Positions 9,201 through 11,598 of a stretch of DNA of 11,598 bases are shown here, one piece after another. Location: contig JAWABJ010000004.1 in NCBI GenBank assembly GCA_038884755.1, forward strand, positions 1-11,598. Direction: 5' to 3'. The translations under genes and the position numbers were made by a program. Within the stretch, counting starts at the first letter, position 1. Each line of letters opens with the position of its first letter. This stretch comes from Candidatus Norongarragalinales archaeon (GTDB taxonomy: Archaea; Micrarchaeota; Micrarchaeia; Norongarragalinales; Norongarragalinaceae). The notes beneath the pieces are model-generated. The model had not been told where the DNA came from and searched no databases. It worked only from the letters and a program-made list of their open reading frames with translations.

Positions 9201-10987
9201 GGTTTTGCACCAGCGCTGGTTGCGGTATCGATTGCAGCGGTCTGGTGCTCAACGCCTTACGGCATCAAAGGGTTTTGCACGTGAATCGGGACCGAAATGG
9301 TCCAGCGGCCTAAAAGTGCTCAACGCCTTACGGCATCAAAGGGTTTTGCACACGATTCCGGGCCAGCAGATGCCCACGGCACGGGGTGCTCAACGCCTTA
9401 CGGCATCAAAGGGTTTTGCACGGGCATTTGCCCCTATTTAACTCCCTTGTGAATGGTGCTCAACGCCTTACGGCATCAAAGGGTTTTGCACGTTGGGTTT
9501 GGGGTTCAAGAAGTCAACGAATTTGGGTGCTCAACGCCTTACGGCATCAAAGGGTTTTGCACTCCTTCGACAACCCGAACGCCTGTGCGGCGTTCGCGTG
9601 CTCAACGCCTTACGGCATCAAAGGGTTTTGCACCAGTGCCGGCAGAGCGGGAGGTTATACCGGAAAGTGCTCAACGCCTTACGGCATCAAAGGGTTTTGC
9701 ACGTGCAGATCGTGCACCACGATATAGTCGGTCGGAAAGTGCTCAACGCCTTACGGCATCAAAGGGTTTTGCACGCCACTGGGGCGGGATTCTCCCATCG
9801 CCAGCTATTGTGCTCAACGCCTTACGGCATCAAAGGGTTTTGCACCTTTGGCCATTTTGGCAGCACCCCAACCCTGGATGTGCTCAACGCCTTACGGCAT
9901 CAAAGGGTTTTGCACACTTTCATCGTCAGAGATAACTTTTTCCGAGTTAGAGGTGCTCAACGCCTTACGGCATCAAAGGGTTTTGCACCTTAACGGGATT
10001 GACGCGACGCAACATCCTATATAAGTGCTCAACGCCTTACGGCATCAAAGGGTTTTGCACTCCGTATCCCAGTTGCCTATAAGAACCGCATAGAGTGTGC
10101 TCAACGCCTTACGGCATCAAAGGGTTTTGCACCTTGATCTCGCCGTGAAGGGCATGTGCTGCTTTGGGGTGCTCAACGCCTTACGGCATCAAAGGGTTTT
10201 GCACTCTCGTCGGCGGCTTCTTCCCCCACCTCCTTCAAGAGTGCTCAACGCCTTACGGCATCAAAGGGTTTTGCACTGAGATTGCCGATACTTCCTGGGT
10301 TCAGGACCTTTAGTGCTCAACGCCTTACGGCATCAAAGGGTTTTGCACGAAAAATGCTGGAAATGCTCGTAAAGGTTGTCGGGTGCTCAACGCCTTACGG
10401 CATCAAAGGGTTTTGCACAAGCGATTCGAGCGATTCTTGTAGGCGATACCAGGGGTGCTCAACGCCTTACGGCATCAAAGGGTTTTGCACGCTATCAACC
10501 CAGTAATTGCTGTCGCTTTTCCCAGTGCTCAACGCCTTACGGCATCAAAGGGTTTTGCACAAGCGGCCTGGCCAGGCTGGGTAGGAGAGCATCGAGTGCT
10601 CAACGCCTTACGGCATCAAAGGGTTTTGCACTACGCTGACGTGCTCATTGATGGCATCCGCCAATCTGTGCTCAACGCCTTACGGCATCAAAGGGTTTTG
10701 CACCCGCCATCCATTGCGATCAATCTTGATGATTTCCGTGCTCAACGCCTTACGGCATCAAAGGGTTTTGCACTAGCTGGGGTAGTTCCAAGTAAAAAGC
10801 GGTCATCGTGCTCAACGCCTTACGGCATCAAAGGGTTTTGCACCCACGTAATACGTGGCTATAATTGCAATTGACTTCGTGCTCAACGCCTTACGGCATC
10901 AAAGGGTTTTGCACTCGGAAAAATGCTGGAGATGCTCACCAAGGTTATGGGGTGCTCAACGCCTTACGGCATCAAAGGGTTTTGCAC
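234..10987 (-). CRISPR. CRISPR array, 151 repeats and 150 spacers (manual count), 36-bp repeat, Myxan-type I-B family
   Basis: The + strand repeat GTGCTCAACGCCTTACGGCATCAAAGGGTTTTGCAC recurs every 69-76 bp, from 234-269 to 10952-10987. All copies look identical except one C>T at 534. In crRNA sense it has a GATGCC-GTAA-GGCGTT hairpin and ends in TTGAGCAC, like cyanobacterial type I-B (Cmx8/Myxan) repeats. Minus orientation is supported by the leader and cas2 at the right end and by re-acquired spacer pairs sharing their + strand 3' (PAM-side) end. The array call is near certain. The subtype is about 0.8 because cas8, cas5, cas7 and cas3 are outside the window. Confidence 0.99.
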
Positions 10988-11276
10988 GGTGGGAGTTGTA
11001 TCCCTTACCAAGCAAGCTTTCCAGAGCGGTCTTGCAAGCGCCCTCGACGTTGGCCCAATTACCGCGCAACTATCCCCATTCTAACCTACACTGTCTCAAT
11101 CCCTAACCCCCACTGACCAAGCTGATAACCCACTCTCGGCCAAACCGCCAGCCCTCTTACCCCAGCCATACAAGCACCTCACGACCATCCAAAAACGCTG
11201 AAACAGGCCAGCCATAACACGTACAGCCTATTTCAACCCGCCACGCCCGCTAACCACCAGCCCTGCTTGCATTTCC
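10988..11276 (-). promoter_or_regulatory. CRISPR leader
   Basis: 289-bp repeat-free segment between the cas2 stop and the first repeat. It contains recurrent CAAGC motifs (11009, 11013, 11035, 11118, 11171; inverted copy at 11265) and a candidate minus-strand -10 box TAGAAT (11078-11083) with no convincing -35. Confidence 0.85.
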
Positions 11277-11570
11277 CTACAAAATACGAAAACGATCGCC
11301 CCGCACCTGCCACGACTCCGGACGGTTATAGCTGGGAATCCGCTGCACACAGCGATCGCACATTCCCACCAGCAACAAACTATCCTCCGCCGCCAGCACC
11401 TTTTCCAACTCCCAGCGCAACCGCTCACGATCGCGCTGCGACAGCCAACAGCGAAAAATCGAATATTGCAACCGCTCCCCATACCCCTCCAACAACCGAT
11501 ACACCTTCCGCCAACGCTTCGGGTCCCGAATGTCGTAACAAACCATATACCAATGCTTCAGTTCAGCCAT
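11277..11570 (-). CDS. cas2: CRISPR-associated endonuclease Cas2 (97 aa)
   Basis: MAELKHWYMVCYDIRDPKRWRKVYRLLEGYGERLQYSIFRC... carries the Cas2 signatures YDI..KR..KV...L.GYG..LQYS(I/V)F and a C-terminal DS L....C..C. The size is typical and it lies next to the leader. Confidence 0.97.
   Translation of the reverse strand: MAELKHWYMVCYDIRDPKRWRKVYRLLEGYGERLQYSIFRCWLSQRDRERLRWELEKVLAAEDSLLLVGMCDRCVQRIPSYNRPESWQVRGDRFRIL
11352..11359. repeat. HIP1 octamer GCGATCGC (cyanobacterial signature)
   Basis: Exact GCGATCGC inside cas2, with two more CGATCGC cores in the same 294-bp gene (about 11293 and 11428). Confidence 0.6.
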
Positions 11571-11598
11571 AATTGTTATGCCTATTCATGATTGATTG

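Noticed and set aside
10632..10667. Spacer with repeat-like fragments GTGCTCA...GGCATC
   Set aside because: The spacing differs from the repeat, the spacer length is normal and it reads as ordinary coding sequence (YADVLIDGIRQS).
9703..10951. 7-nt end-to-start overlap TCGGAAA between spacers 9703 and 10915
   Set aside because: Too short, and the joined sequence has a stop in the conserved KMLEML frame.
666..11116. Dozens of + strand ORFs, up to 384 aa (4727-5881)
   Set aside because: The repeat has no stop in any + frame and begins with GTG. The translations are repeat peptides (VLNALRHQRVLH, CSTPYGIKGFCT, AQRLTASKGFA) joined by spacer sequence.
11228..11572. ORFs 11228-11482 (-) and 11267-11572 (+)
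   Set aside because: Shadow frames overlapping the well-supported cas2.
11571..11598. 3' end of cas1 expected upstream of cas2
   Set aside because: Only 28 nt are visible. Minus-strand stops exist, but I recognise no Cas1 C-terminus.

Overview
The window is almost entirely one large CRISPR array (234-10987). By my manual count it has 151 copies of a 36-bp repeat and 150 spacers of 33-40 bp. A 289-bp leader and cas2 lie at the right end, and everything is oriented on the minus strand. The repeat (crRNA sense GTGCAAAACCCTTTGATGCCGTAAGGCGTTGAGCAC) and the Cas2 fit the cyanobacterial/myxobacterial 'Myxan' type I-B family, and HIP1 (GCGATCGC) points to a cyanobacterial host. The many + strand ORFs in the track are artefacts of the stop-free repeat. 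Main observations: (1) the trailer end has no degenerate terminal repeat and is fused to the middle of a class A beta-lactamase-like serine hydrolase gene whose N-terminal part is missing; (2) two near-identical spacers encode the C-terminus of a DnaN-like sliding clamp; (3) many spacers form overlapping or re-acquired families, from which a 5'-AT(G) PAM and a history of repeat infections can be read. No new cas gene or system can be shown from this window alone.
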